From NCBI GenBank assembly GCA_964035545.1, contig OZ037765.1, positions 28,147,504 to 28,211,503 on the forward strand: a DNA stretch of 64,000 bases, written 5' to 3'. Position numbers and translations under genes: made by a program. Below, in pieces: positions 25,729 through 37,291 of this stretch (position 1 is the stretch's first letter; each line of letters opens with the position of its first letter). The DNA is from Bugula neritina. Its lineage: Eukaryota > Animalia > Bryozoa. The notes under the pieces are model-generated. The model saw only the letters and a program-made list of their open reading frames with translations, did no database searches and was not told the DNA's origin.

Positions 25729-26559
25729 GATGTGCTTGCAAAATACTGACTAGGCCGAGCTACAACAGTATTTTAATAAACTCTATCAGCAGAGGAACTT
25801 GGTAGCAATAAGTTTACTCTTTAAACATTTACTGACTTCAAATAGTTACAACATTTTAGTTTTGAGCTAAATGCTAATTAACAACACATTTTTTTCTGTT
25901 ATAGCCAAGTGAAATTAGAAATCAGCTAAAACCATTTAGTTCTACATTATACAGTCTATTAATTACTTCTTAAAAATGTTTCAAAAATGCATAATTACTA
26001 TATTGAGCAGTTGTCATGAAAAAATTTTGGCTAAAACTTTGATTGAGAATGAATGGATAGTATAAATAAACATACTGCTATTAACTAAAGCAGATATTTG
26101 GTATTGTGAAACTAACCAACAGCGCAGCTCAGCAAAATTAAAATGAACTACCTTGCAAATCAATTTAAATTCAAGTTGACTCACTTTTTGTTTGGACTAT
26201 CACAGTCACTATGACTTATTTTGGTTAGCCAGTGAAAATCACTCAAATCAATGATCATACATACTCATAGTCTTAGGCAATTTGCCATTGGCATTTGAAC
26301 CATGAATGATAATGATGTATTTCAAGTTGTTTCAGTTTGCCCCATAACAATAATAATAAAGGTAACTAGATAAAATGACTACAATTTATACTTAGAACTA
26401 GTATAAGTATAGAACCTTAAAGTTTTTAAATATCATACTGGGACCAGAATGAGCAAGGAAATGAGGAATTTTAATAATGCAAAAATAAAATTGAAATTTT
26501 AACTTTCACTCATGTCATAAAACTAAAAGGAGCTATAGCCTTCAACTTTAAGTTTAGTC

Positions 26560-28450
26560 ACAATTGATGTTATTGTTATATTTATACTAAATATTAATAA
26601 TAATTATAATACTGATTGTGATACTAATGCTAATTGAATAATTCTAATTCAGTAATTGATTACTGAAAAAATTCCATAATAACAATTTATCTTCTCTTTT
26701 CTAATCTTCATCTAGTACTACTATTAGTATTACTTATTTACCAAGTCTAATTTATAACATATTTATTTTTAATTTTATAAGTAATAAGACCAAGTATAAC
26801 TGTAAGTATAAGTATAACTATAAGTTACAACTTGAACTTACAACTTACAGTTACAGGTATAACTCAAACTGTTTGAACTACAATAACAATGCTTATTCAG
26901 TTTCAGCGGTAGATGGTGAATACTGGATGCTTATAAATGTAATAACTGTTATTATGCTCATTTACTATTTATAGGTATTATAATTGTTAATGATAATATA
27001 AATGTTAAAACTACAATATAATTAAATTTAATTATTATTCGTATTGGATTCCATTCCAGGTGTGATGCTTTGATAACTGCCGTACCGCAGTAGCTCTGTT
27101 ACAAAAGTTGCTGAAGATCTCATTGCATGCCTTGACCCAAACCGCAAAACAATAGCTACACTACTCGAAAAACGGGGCAGGCAAAGTTAAAACCGCACAA
27201 TAAACTGAAGAAAAAACCTCCTTAAATTGAGGCTTTATATCAATATGAATATCAATATGTGCGTTTGAATTTACACATACTCATAGTGATGGTCATAGTC
27301 GTAGGGATAGTAGCTCACTTATAAAAAGCTAATAATGATGATAATCATAATGTGGTAAAAGTTATTCACATTGACATTTTGATTTTTATTTCGGACTTAT
27401 GCATTAACTTATAGTTTTACTTATTTCGATTTTACTTTTTTAGTTTTTAGTTTTTCTTTATTTCAAACATCTAACAGTAACAGTAACTGTGAGTGTCAGT
27501 GTCACTATCAGTATCATTATGACTATGATATTGATTGCATTTTCATTTTTATTTACTAATTTTCATTATAATTATTTCTAAATAATTGAATGCACTTATG
27601 GGCTATGACTATACTTATACTTTAACTTAAACTTATACTTATACTTATAGTTATAGTTACACACTCAGCCATCTGCCCCGATTAGTATTAGTATTAGTAT
27701 TTTCACATTCACTATCAGTAATCATCATCATCATTGTCATGGTCATCCTCAGAGTCAGACTCAAGTTAAAGGGCAGGGCAGTAAAACTTAAACTAAATGT
27801 AGTCACCAATAACTGATAGGTGAATATAAATGTTAAATTTGATATAAATATAATCAATATGAATATAAATATAAATATTAATATAAGTGATATTGTTTAC
27901 GAATATCAATATGATAGTGAATATGAGTATTTTAACTTATAAATATAAGCCAATTCTTATTCTAGAGAATTGCTATTAGTATTAGTGTTAATATTATGAT
28001 TATCAAATAATTATTATTACAATGATGAAGATTATTATAATTATAATAACGCTCATTATTGAAATATTAATATTAATAAAGTAATACTAATGCTAATTAT
28101 AGTTTGAATCAGAAATATGTTAATTAAAATCAGTTTTAAATGATTATTCACTTGATTATTGATTATTATATTAAGTTTGACATCTATCAACAATCAGATT
28201 GAGTATCATGATTTACAATTGCAAAACAAAGAATCACTATTATATTCAATTTTTAAAACTAATCAAAACCTTATCATTTAATTTATCATCAACTTAATTA
28301 TTTAGTTAAAGTTTAACATAGCATTTAGTAATCTTTTGGATGATGTATCAAGTTTTAATTATAATTATTACATTTAACCTTTTTCAAATTTTAACCAATA
28401 GTAATTAACATTAAGAACATAAAATTGAATATCAATAATCAACATGCCCA
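26560..28450. repeat. Degenerate 6-bp-periodic low-complexity tract around the CHCHD1/METTL14 divergent promoter
   Basis: e.g. 27603-27668 CTATGA CTATAC TTATAC TTTAAC TTAAAC TTATAC TTATAC TTATAG TTATAG TTACAC ACTCAG; interrupted by an ordinary-complexity island at ~27050-27230. Confidence 0.75.
27050..27230. promoter_or_regulatory. Candidate bidirectional core promoter / non-coding first exons for CHCHD1 and METTL14
   Basis: GC-richer island in the AT-rich interval between two divergent genes, both of which have acceptor-like sites just upstream of the ATG; AAACCGCA occurs twice (~27139, ~27190). Inferred from position. Confidence 0.4.
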
Positions 28451-28890
28451 TGCTGTCATGTGCATTGTGATTGCCGATTCTGTTTACTTTACTTTCAGTT
28501 TTTTCAGCTCTATTTATTATACATTTAGTGATTTGCATAGTCAAAATCAATTGTTAGTGAAATATTAATATAGTTGTGAAAATTAGTGTAGTTGTTTGTA
28601 AGCCATTTCCATACAAGCACTTTAAAATAGGGTTTTTTTAGAACTGTTCATTAAAAATACGGAGTGCGCTACTAATTCTAGCAATTCCTAATAGTTTTGT
28701 CTCATCAATAAAACTTTACATAATACTGAAAGCTGCAGCTAGTCAAAATGAGTTTAATTTCTAACTTTACTAGGTTTCCGCCCAGTCTCATGATTGATTA
28801 CTGTTTCTAGTTGACACATGCGAATTGGATAATCTCCAAAGTTGGACTTGAACAACTTATTATATTGCTGGCTAAATTTAAGGTTTAAAG

Positions 28891-31800
28891 ATGAGTGGAA
28901 CGTTGGATCACATTAAAGAAAAATCTGCCAAAAGGAGAAAGCTTCTTGCTATGGAGGTAAGCAATAGTCTATGCTGTTTACTAAGAAAATCTTATTTGGT
29001 CTGGGTCAACCTCTAGGCTAAGCACCATGCATGCAAATTTGACTCTGCAGTGTTTATTTTGCTACATGGAACACATTAGAATAGATGCAAGAACAAATAT
29101 GACTGTAATATATAAATTCTGACAAAGAACTTGTTAAGTGGCCGTCATCTAACATGTTGATTGCCGCTTGAAATAGATGTCGGATCTTCAGTTTCTTTAG
29201 CTTACATACTATTTGAGTTGAATTTTTAAGCTCTAAATTTAAGACAATTTTAACATAGATTGTCAATGATAATAATAATATTAACATATGTAGCCAGTGT
29301 TAAGCAAAGTTTCGTGCCATAAAACTACTTCTTGAACATTGAGTTTGCAGCAGACTAAGAATGATCCCTAGTTGCTGTTAATTGTCTGTGACAAGCACTT
29401 TTTTTACTATGTAAACTCCAAGTGTCTTCATAATCCATTTAAAATCACATTGACTCAAGTTGTAGGTATGCCTATCAGAGAGGCTTTGCTCAACAAAGCA
29501 ATTCACTAGTGTTAGGAAACCATTTAAAATCTCATGTATAAAACTAAATAATAGAGCATGTAAACAGCTAAATGATGCACAATATACAAAATTAAATTAT
29601 GCACTTTGTAAAAACAATGAATAATATTACACCAATTTCTTTAAATACCTTGTCTATCTGTTTTGAATATGACAAATAATAAATTTCTAAAAAGATACAG
29701 TGTGCTTGCTATTTCAACTTGACAATACTCAGCTGTTCCTGATAAGTCATTTCTGCTAGAACCTGAACTTTGGAATTGTCCTTTCTTCCCCTTGGAGCAA
29801 ATATTTAAAATCTTACCAACTAAGTCAGCATATTACTTAATACTAGCCTCTCCGAGTCAGTAAAGTGTCATAATGTGATACTCCACATTTCTAGGACTTC
29901 ATAATTATGTGCTTATATGTACACCTTAAGTTACTGCAGTTCCAATTAAATGAATTATTTTTGTAAACACTTGTGTGATGCATAGACTTTAGAGAGGCTA
30001 TTTGATTCTTTATTTGAAGATGGGGTTGAGGAAACCTGCTGATCTTAGTACTGTACTAGGAAGTCAAACTTCTAAATTACTCAGGTAATTTTTATTGGTC
30101 AGTAGTCATTAACACCTCAGATGTGTATGTGGTGTGTGTTTGGTGTGTATGTGGTGTGTGTTTGGTGTGTATGTGGTGTGTGTTTGGTGTATGTATGTGT
30201 ATTTGTGTATGTGTTTGAGCTTGCTATAACACTCTATTTGCCATAGTCCTAATAATAACTATTTTTTTGTTTATTGTAGTTCTGCTGAGGCTGGAAACGC
30301 TCAGGATTTAAAGTCTAAAGATAAACAAGATGGAGAAGTATTTTAACTGCTTTGCTTTCTAGTTGTGTGTACTTGAAAGCTTTTTTTGCAAAGTATATTT
30401 TAATTACAAGAAAACTAAAAGCTGAAAATTAATTTTCTTTTTGGTGAGCAAGAGAGTGTGAATGATATATGCTCTGCTAGAAGAAAGTTTCATTCATGTT
30501 ATTGAGTTCTGTTTTTCTCAGTAAAACTGTACTTGTTTGATAAATAAGTTATTCGGTGTTCCTTTAAGTTTTGTTGTCTGTGAGCCGTTTATGTACTTCC
30601 AGGAATCGGAAAAGGTGGAAGACCCAGAAGCAAATTTTACGGACTCCAGCAGATTTCTCAAAGTAAATTTTTCTATTAGCCTTTTTATTCACATCTGCAC
30701 CATGGGGATTTGTTGTTATTAATTAAAATATGCATTTGTTTATAAAAAGAAATACATGAAGTTTTAGTATACATGAATGTTAATAGACTTGGTGGATTTT
30801 GTTTATTGAGTCTTTGGGCTGAGCTTGGTCATCTGATTGTAGTATTTTGTTGATGATATTCATAAATGCTGCCAGATTTAAATCTCTGACATGTAACGTT
30901 GACTTAAAGTACTTCCCAAAACTTCAAATATTTGTTAAAATATTAAAAAAGTAAACAAATGTAAGTTTTTTATGTTTAACTTAACACCATTTTTAAAGGC
31001 CTAATAGGCCTACAAATATTTTGTCATTCTGCAAGTTGATTCAAGATTTAGGTTTGTTTTATTTTATTAGGGAACTCAGAGTGATAATCCACACAATGAT
31101 TATTGTCAGCATTTCATAGACACCGGTGAACGACCTCAAAACTTCATCAGAGATGTTGGTGAGTTTAGAATTGTCTGCTAAAAGAATTAATAAGTTCAGT
31201 TTTTCTATAAATGAAAATAATCAGCGAGGGGCAAACTCTAATTTTTAAAAGAATCCTCATATCAATATCATATTTTGGTTTGCAAAGTTGTCTTCTTTAT
31301 AATCATAGACCCACATATAAAATTGTAATTGATGTTTATTATCTATACGACGGATGGTTATTTTCTTTCGAACAATTCAATGTTGCTCACTCAATGATGA
31401 TATTAGTTCTATGGGCAATATCAGTACTATACCCTAATCTTATGCTATAACAAACTTTTGTTTAGCTGTAATATATTCAATAATTTATTGCTATATATTG
31501 TTTTGCCTATTTTACTTGTATATAATAACACTCATACATTAGTAAACTCAGTTTTCTTTTTTAGTTAAGTAGATTGGTAACAACTATTTTTATAGTAATT
31601 TCTAGCGATGTAGACTTTTTAGTGGATGTTCAATAAAAGTGGAACAACCAAATATAAGCTACCATTTCATGCTTTTCAAAGACTGAGTGGTGTATAATAA
31701 TTTGGCGTTTTTACTATTATTGCTGGCAATGTTGCTTTTGAATTTATAGTTTAAGTTTTATAGTTGTGGTACTGGGGAATACTTGCAGTGTCTCGCACCT

Positions 31801-33806
31801 AGATGCTTCTATTTTTCAGTTTTTCTTTAACCAGCAACTTTAAGCCCTAATATGACATTAGCTACAAGATCCCAGGTCATTTGTTCACAGCAATGCTATT
31901 GTTGTTTGCAGGGCTGGCTAACAGGTTTGAAGAATATCCAAAACTCCGTGAGCTTATCAGACTGAAAGACGAACTTGTTCAAAGAACAGCAACACCCCCC
32001 ATGTAGGAGCACAGTGCTATTGAATACTTTGCTTTATGTTCTATCATTGTGGGCAAATGCACATGTCACAGCAATGTATGTTACACATATAACTTGTTAA
32101 CTTTAGGTATCAGAATTGCGATATGCAGACGTATGACCTAACAGCTCTGCAGAACCAGTTTGATGTCATACTGATTGAGCCCCCGCTGCAGGAGTACCAG
32201 GCTAGTAACGGGCTGGTGTATGAGAAGTATTGGAGTTGGAGTGAGATTAGTCAGTTACAGATTGATAAGATTGCTAGTCATAGAGCATTTCTCTGGATCT
32301 GGTGCGGCTGTGAAGGACTGGATGAAGCCAGAGAGGTGACTGTAGTTTAGGTCTCTTTTTTTCTGCATTAGAAGGAAATAAAATTCCAACTGTAATTGAA
32401 AAGTGTTGAGTCTTTAGATAATAATATAGTTTACTTTGTTTACTGTATTATATTTCAGTGTCTAAGAAAATGGGGGTTCAGACGTTGTGAAGATATTTGT
32501 TGGATTAAAACTAATCACAAGTGCCCAGGTCAAAACAAGAATATTGGCCCAGAGCAAGTCTTTCAGAGAACCAAGGTGGGATTTTCATACATCAAGTTGC
32601 ACACTATATATATCATACTGTATAGCATACTGCATCACACACTATATATATCATACTGTATAGCATACTGCCTTTCACACTATGTATTATACTGTATAAC
32701 ATACTGCCTTTCACACTATATATATCATACTGTATAGCATACTGCATTGCACACTATATATCATACTGTAGAGCATAATGCATTGTACACTATATATCAT
32801 ACTGTATAGCATACTGTATTTCACACTATATATATCATACTGTATAGCATGCTGCATCGCACACTATATATATCATACTGTATAGCATACTGCCTTTCGC
32901 ACACTATATATATCATACTGTATAGCATACTGCATTGCACACTGTATATCATATTGTATAGCATACAGCATTTCACACTATATATAATACTATATAGCAT
33001 ACTGCATTGTACACTATATATCATACTGTATAGCATACTGCCTTTCACACTATATATCATACTATATAGCATACTGCATTGCACACTATATATATCATAC
33101 TGTATAGCATACTGCATTGCACATTATATATCATACTGTAGAGCATACTGCATTGCACACTATATATATCATACTGTATAGCATACTGCATTGCATACTA
33201 TATATCATACTGTATAGCATACTGCATCGCACACTACTAGCAATGGTAAAGTAGATAATTATACTTATTTATCTGCTGCAGGAACACTGTCTGATGGGAA
33301 TCAAAGGGACGGTTCGTAGAAGCACTGATGGTGATTTTATACACGCCAATGTCGACATTGATCTGATTATTTCGGAGGAACCTGCATATGGCAGTAAGGA
33401 AAAGCCAGTCGAGTTATTTCACATGATAGAGCATTTTTGTTTGGGCAGAAGACGACTCCACATATTTGGTAGAGATTCCACCATTAGAAATGGCTGGTTA
33501 ACTATTGGACCGGAAGTAACTACGAGTAACTTTGATGCTGATTTATTTAGAAGTTATTTCAATAGAGACCCAGGCCCTACCACCGGATGCACAGATGAAA
33601 TAGAGATGCTTCGGCCTAAGTCACCACCTCCTAAAAATACAGACAATGTAGATAATAACAGTGGAAACACTCGCGGGCGAGGCTTTAGTAGAGGCTTTAT
33701 GAGAGGAGGAAGGGGTGGGAGAGGTGCTGGCAGGCCTCCTCATACAACTGGTAACAGGGGAGGTTTTCAGGTTAACAATAGAGGCAATTTCCGTGGAGGA
33801 TACTAG
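28891..33806 (+). CDS. METTL14: N6-adenosine methyltransferase non-catalytic subunit METTL14 (~432 aa)
   Basis: join(28891..28956,30020..30084,30280..30337,30603..30662,31071..31158,31912..32002,32107..32335,32459..32575,33282..33806). Motifs: KRRKLLA; [34 protein letters not shown]; [15 protein letters not shown]; degenerate active site EPPL; [15 protein letters not shown]; [27 protein letters not shown]; C-terminal RGG repeats. Confidence 0.97.
30121..30215. repeat. GT-rich ~21-bp tandem repeat in METTL14 intron 2
   Basis: About three copies of GTGTGTATGTGGTGTGTGTTTG-like units, then decay. Confidence 0.8.
32596..33238. repeat. 36-38 bp minisatellite, ~17 copies, in the last intron of METTL14
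   Basis: Unit CACACTATATA(TA)TCATACTGTATAGCATACTGCATTG; length varies by one TA; explains the repetitive ORFs 32821..33117 and 32849..33181. Confidence 0.95.
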
Positions 33807-34159
33807 ATCTATGAAGCTACAAATTTCACTTGCAACCTATGCAGGCATGTTTTAATAAATGTTAATAATTCTTACTTACTTATTACCCCCCCCCCCTCTT
33901 AAGAAATGATATGCTAATGAACTAAGTTTTTATATATAAAATGACAACTATAACTAATAGCTATAATTTTATACCTTTATTAGGCTAATTTTTGTCTACA
34001 ACCAAGTTAAATTTTTAATGATATTGACAAAAGTTTTCAAAATTTGATGTTGTGTGAAGTTGTCTCTTTATTGACTTTTTATGTCCCAAGCACAATAGCT
34101 ATTGTACAGGGCAGACCTAATAAAAGTGATATATGTACATCATCAATATTATACAAATG

Positions 34160-36682
34160 TTATTTTATGGGGGGTAGTCCTTGGTCATAGAATTTCCAAA
34201 ACTCGTCATCTTTTGTGTTATTTGCCACTGGCATAATTTGTTCATGTTGAGGTTCTGGAGTCATGGGTGGTGTGATGAATACTACTTCTTCAAATGCTGG
34301 CCCGTCTTCTTGCTTTCTTTTAGGCTGCCGTGCTACGGGTTTATTTCTTGGTTTTGCTTTTTTAGGTGGTTGTATTACTGGAATGTCCTTTTTTCTTGGT
34401 ACACCTACGGCATTTCTATCCCAGTTTACTTCCAATTTTGGTAATGTTTTTAGAAACTCTTCATAATCTCGATCCATTTTTTCTCGACACAATTCTTTTT
34501 CTTTCCATTTTCCTGCAAAGCGCACACACACTCGTTCAGTCATGGAAAGAATTATCTAATATGTTTATCTTAAGCTGCAGTGGTTTTCTTCATTTCATCC
34601 ATCAATTTTTTCTGCTGTTCTCTTTGAAGATTCATGGCAGCCCACTTGCCTAAAATTATGGTTGAGTTATCTTAGTAAATACAGTCAAAAAATGCTGGCT
34701 AAAATTTATAAAAAGTCAAAAATTAAAAATTTCAATCTCTACTCACCATATTCGTCCCATGTGTGTCTAAACTCATCTGGATCTCTGTATCTCCGATCAA
34801 ACACTTGCTGTGTGTGTGAATCTTTCATTAAGCTTGCATTGAGAAATGAGTATCCTCCAAACTTGTCTTGTCTCAACGCGTGACTAAGATCACCATAGTT
34901 TTTCGGTGTAGTGAGTACAACTGGAGGGAGCTCAGTCTAAAATATCACAATATGATACTAAACAATGATATTTGTACTTACATATACAGATTACACATAA
35001 CGCAGACACAAATATATTTATCAATTTCATTATGATTATACAATTATACTGCTTAATGTAATATTGAATGACATCAAGCAATCCCTATGCCATTACAAAT
35101 AGATATATAACTTGTAGTTCTGATATATTGTAGTTGTACTTGTTCCATGACTTAGTTGACAGTTCAACTACCAAAAACAAAAACCTAGGTAGAATTAGTT
35201 TTGCAATATTATAAAATCCTCTTTTTAGTATTACATGAATTGTTGCTACCTTCTCATGCCTTCTTTGTTGTCTTATCTGTTCTTGATTGAGTTGAAGTTT
35301 GACTTTGTCTACAGCCTCCTTATCAGCAAAAAGCTCGTCTACTAAATATGATCTATACTTGGCCCGTATATTTGCCGGGATAGCTCCTTTCTCAAGGACA
35401 GCTGGTGGAGCAGATTTGTGCTGTCTCAGTGAGCGGTGATGTCTTAGTTGTTCAGAAATTGGAACGTGACCTTTATACTTTTCATGGGTTTCTGTTTGGT
35501 GAAGTGAAAAGTCCATTCCATACTCTAGAGGATCGCCTATTACTGCGTATTTATGAGCTGGTGGTCGCTCCCTATGTTTATCTTTATTATATGTATTTAT
35601 TTTTGCATATCCAACATTGTTCATTTTATTCACTAGTTCAAAATCTAGACCAGGTTCTGCAAGTAACAATTTTTTCTTCAACTGCTCATCTTTATGCAGT
35701 GATGGGGCTACGGAAGCATAATACTTGGCCCTTTTCTCCATGTCTGACAGGGCAGCTTGCCTATTGTTTAACTCTTGCTCTTTCTTATCAATCTCTTCTT
35801 TTGCCACTTGAAGTTGGTCTTTAGCTGCAACAAAACAACCAATCAGGCTATATGTACAATAGTGTGTAGGAATAATAATATAATATATAGATTAATAAAT
35901 TTTAACAGCTGTAATCATAGTTGGGAAAGTGTTCTATTGTTATCACAAATCTTTCTAGATAGACTGGGATGAAGACAAATAAAAAGCTTAGAAGATACAA
36001 TTTTCCTAATCTAAAATCGCAGCTTCAGCACAGTTATTGCAAATTTAACATAATTTTGTTCAGTCACTTAGATACAATAATCTTAAATAGTAAATAATTT
36101 CATACAGAAAGGTATGGCTCTGATTTCATATCAAGCAATTACTAGTTTGAAAGTTTATTATTTACAGAAATGTATTAACAATTTAAAAGAAAGTAAGCAC
36201 ATTTAACACTAACCCTGTATAAATGGTGCCTCTAATTATTTATTATCGTTACAGAAAATTTGCGCTATAACCCAAATTTTTTACTTATTATATAGTCTTT
36301 GAGTTTTGGCCCAAGCCTTGCTTGCATGAGATGATAGACTTTTTGCACTTATTTTTAGCAAACTATCGGAGGCTAATTTTTCTTTACTCACATTTCATGA
36401 CCGATACATTATTGGCTAGTTATACACTTCAAGGCTATTCATACCTGCTTTGTTTTGTAACCTTGATGGTAACTTGTGGTCATATTGTGATGCCTTGGCA
36501 TGTCTCTGAGTAAGAGCATTTGTTTCATATTCTGCTGCATTTATTGTGCTGACTGCTCCTTTATCGACATTTTCCAATGTTGTACCAAATAATGAGTTTT
36601 TTGGATTAGCTTTTGTTCGTTGGGTAACATATGTTTCCCATGCTTCCTTCCCTCGATCTATGGTAGCAGGAGTGTTTGCCAT
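34160..36682 (-). CDS. TEX33: TEX33/CIMIP4-like protein with two alternative terminal exons (short ~360 aa, long ~451 aa)
   Basis: Shared exons 36445..36682, 35250..35824, 34747..34936, then 34570..34649 (GKWAAMNLQREQQKKLMDEMKKTTAA*) or 34160..34512 (GKWKEKELCREKMDRDYEEFLK...). Motifs IPANIRAKYRSYLVDEL, YGDLSHALRQDKFGG, SLMKDSHTQQV and DEYGKW match my recollection of the TEX33 domain (IPENIRHKFGSxxVDQL...SLMKASYTPEV...DDLGRW). A 5' UTR intron is likely (acceptor ~36693, donor ~37069). Confidence 0.78.
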
Positions 36683-37069
36683 AATGGCTTTTCTACAGAA
36701 AGTATATTATTGAGTCTACAGTTTTGAGCAATACACCAGCTACTCTTAAAAGTCTTGTAACAAAATGTAATTTGTGCATTGTACTTTATATGAATAAGTT
36801 AAAGTTTAAACATTTAAAGAGATTTACCCATAAAAATTGCTTTATGAATTTTTTATCAATTATTATAGCAAACTTTTATGTAAAAGATTAAACTAAGTCC
36901 AAAGTGTACCAATACATACTGTTACGTGTACTTATGCCCTAACTTATAGTTACATTTGTAATATAGATTTCAGTCACACAAAAGTAACATGATGAATAGT
37001 TTCTAGCATATCTTAAGAAAATTAGCATTTCTCTTAAATAGTTTTACTTTTAAATCAAACTTTAGTTAC

Positions 37070-37291
37070 CTCGTAAGTCTGTAAAAGTAACAATTATACG
37101 TTTAAATTACTGGCCAGCATTCACTCTTCATCACCAGGCACCTTGTTGACTGGTTGCCAATGAGAACACTAACTTGATCACTATGCAGCATTTCATTGGG
37201 TAAGGTGCCTAACTTTAGAGTTACGTCCATGGCATAGTTCAAGGGTCACCGCCGTGCATTGTACACTTTGGTCAAGGTCAACTTGAAAATG
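37070..37291. promoter_or_regulatory. Compact bidirectional promoter region TEX33-like / TXN2 with an X-box-like motif and an ERR-type element
   Basis: GTTGCCAATGAGAAC (37153-37167) resembles an RFX X-box; TCAAGGTCA (37272-37280) is an exact ERR/NR5A extended half-site; the opposite-strand splice donors at ~37069 and 37292 are only ~220 bp apart. Confidence 0.5.

Noticed and set aside
27060-27115. Possible C/D-box snoRNA (GTGATGC...CTGA)
   Set aside because: Imperfect C box, short, no terminal stem or recognisable guide; better explained as promoter or first-exon sequence.
32596-33238. CRISPR-like array (36-38 bp repeats)
   Set aside because: Units are directly adjacent with no unique spacers, lie in a eukaryotic intron, and there are no cas genes.
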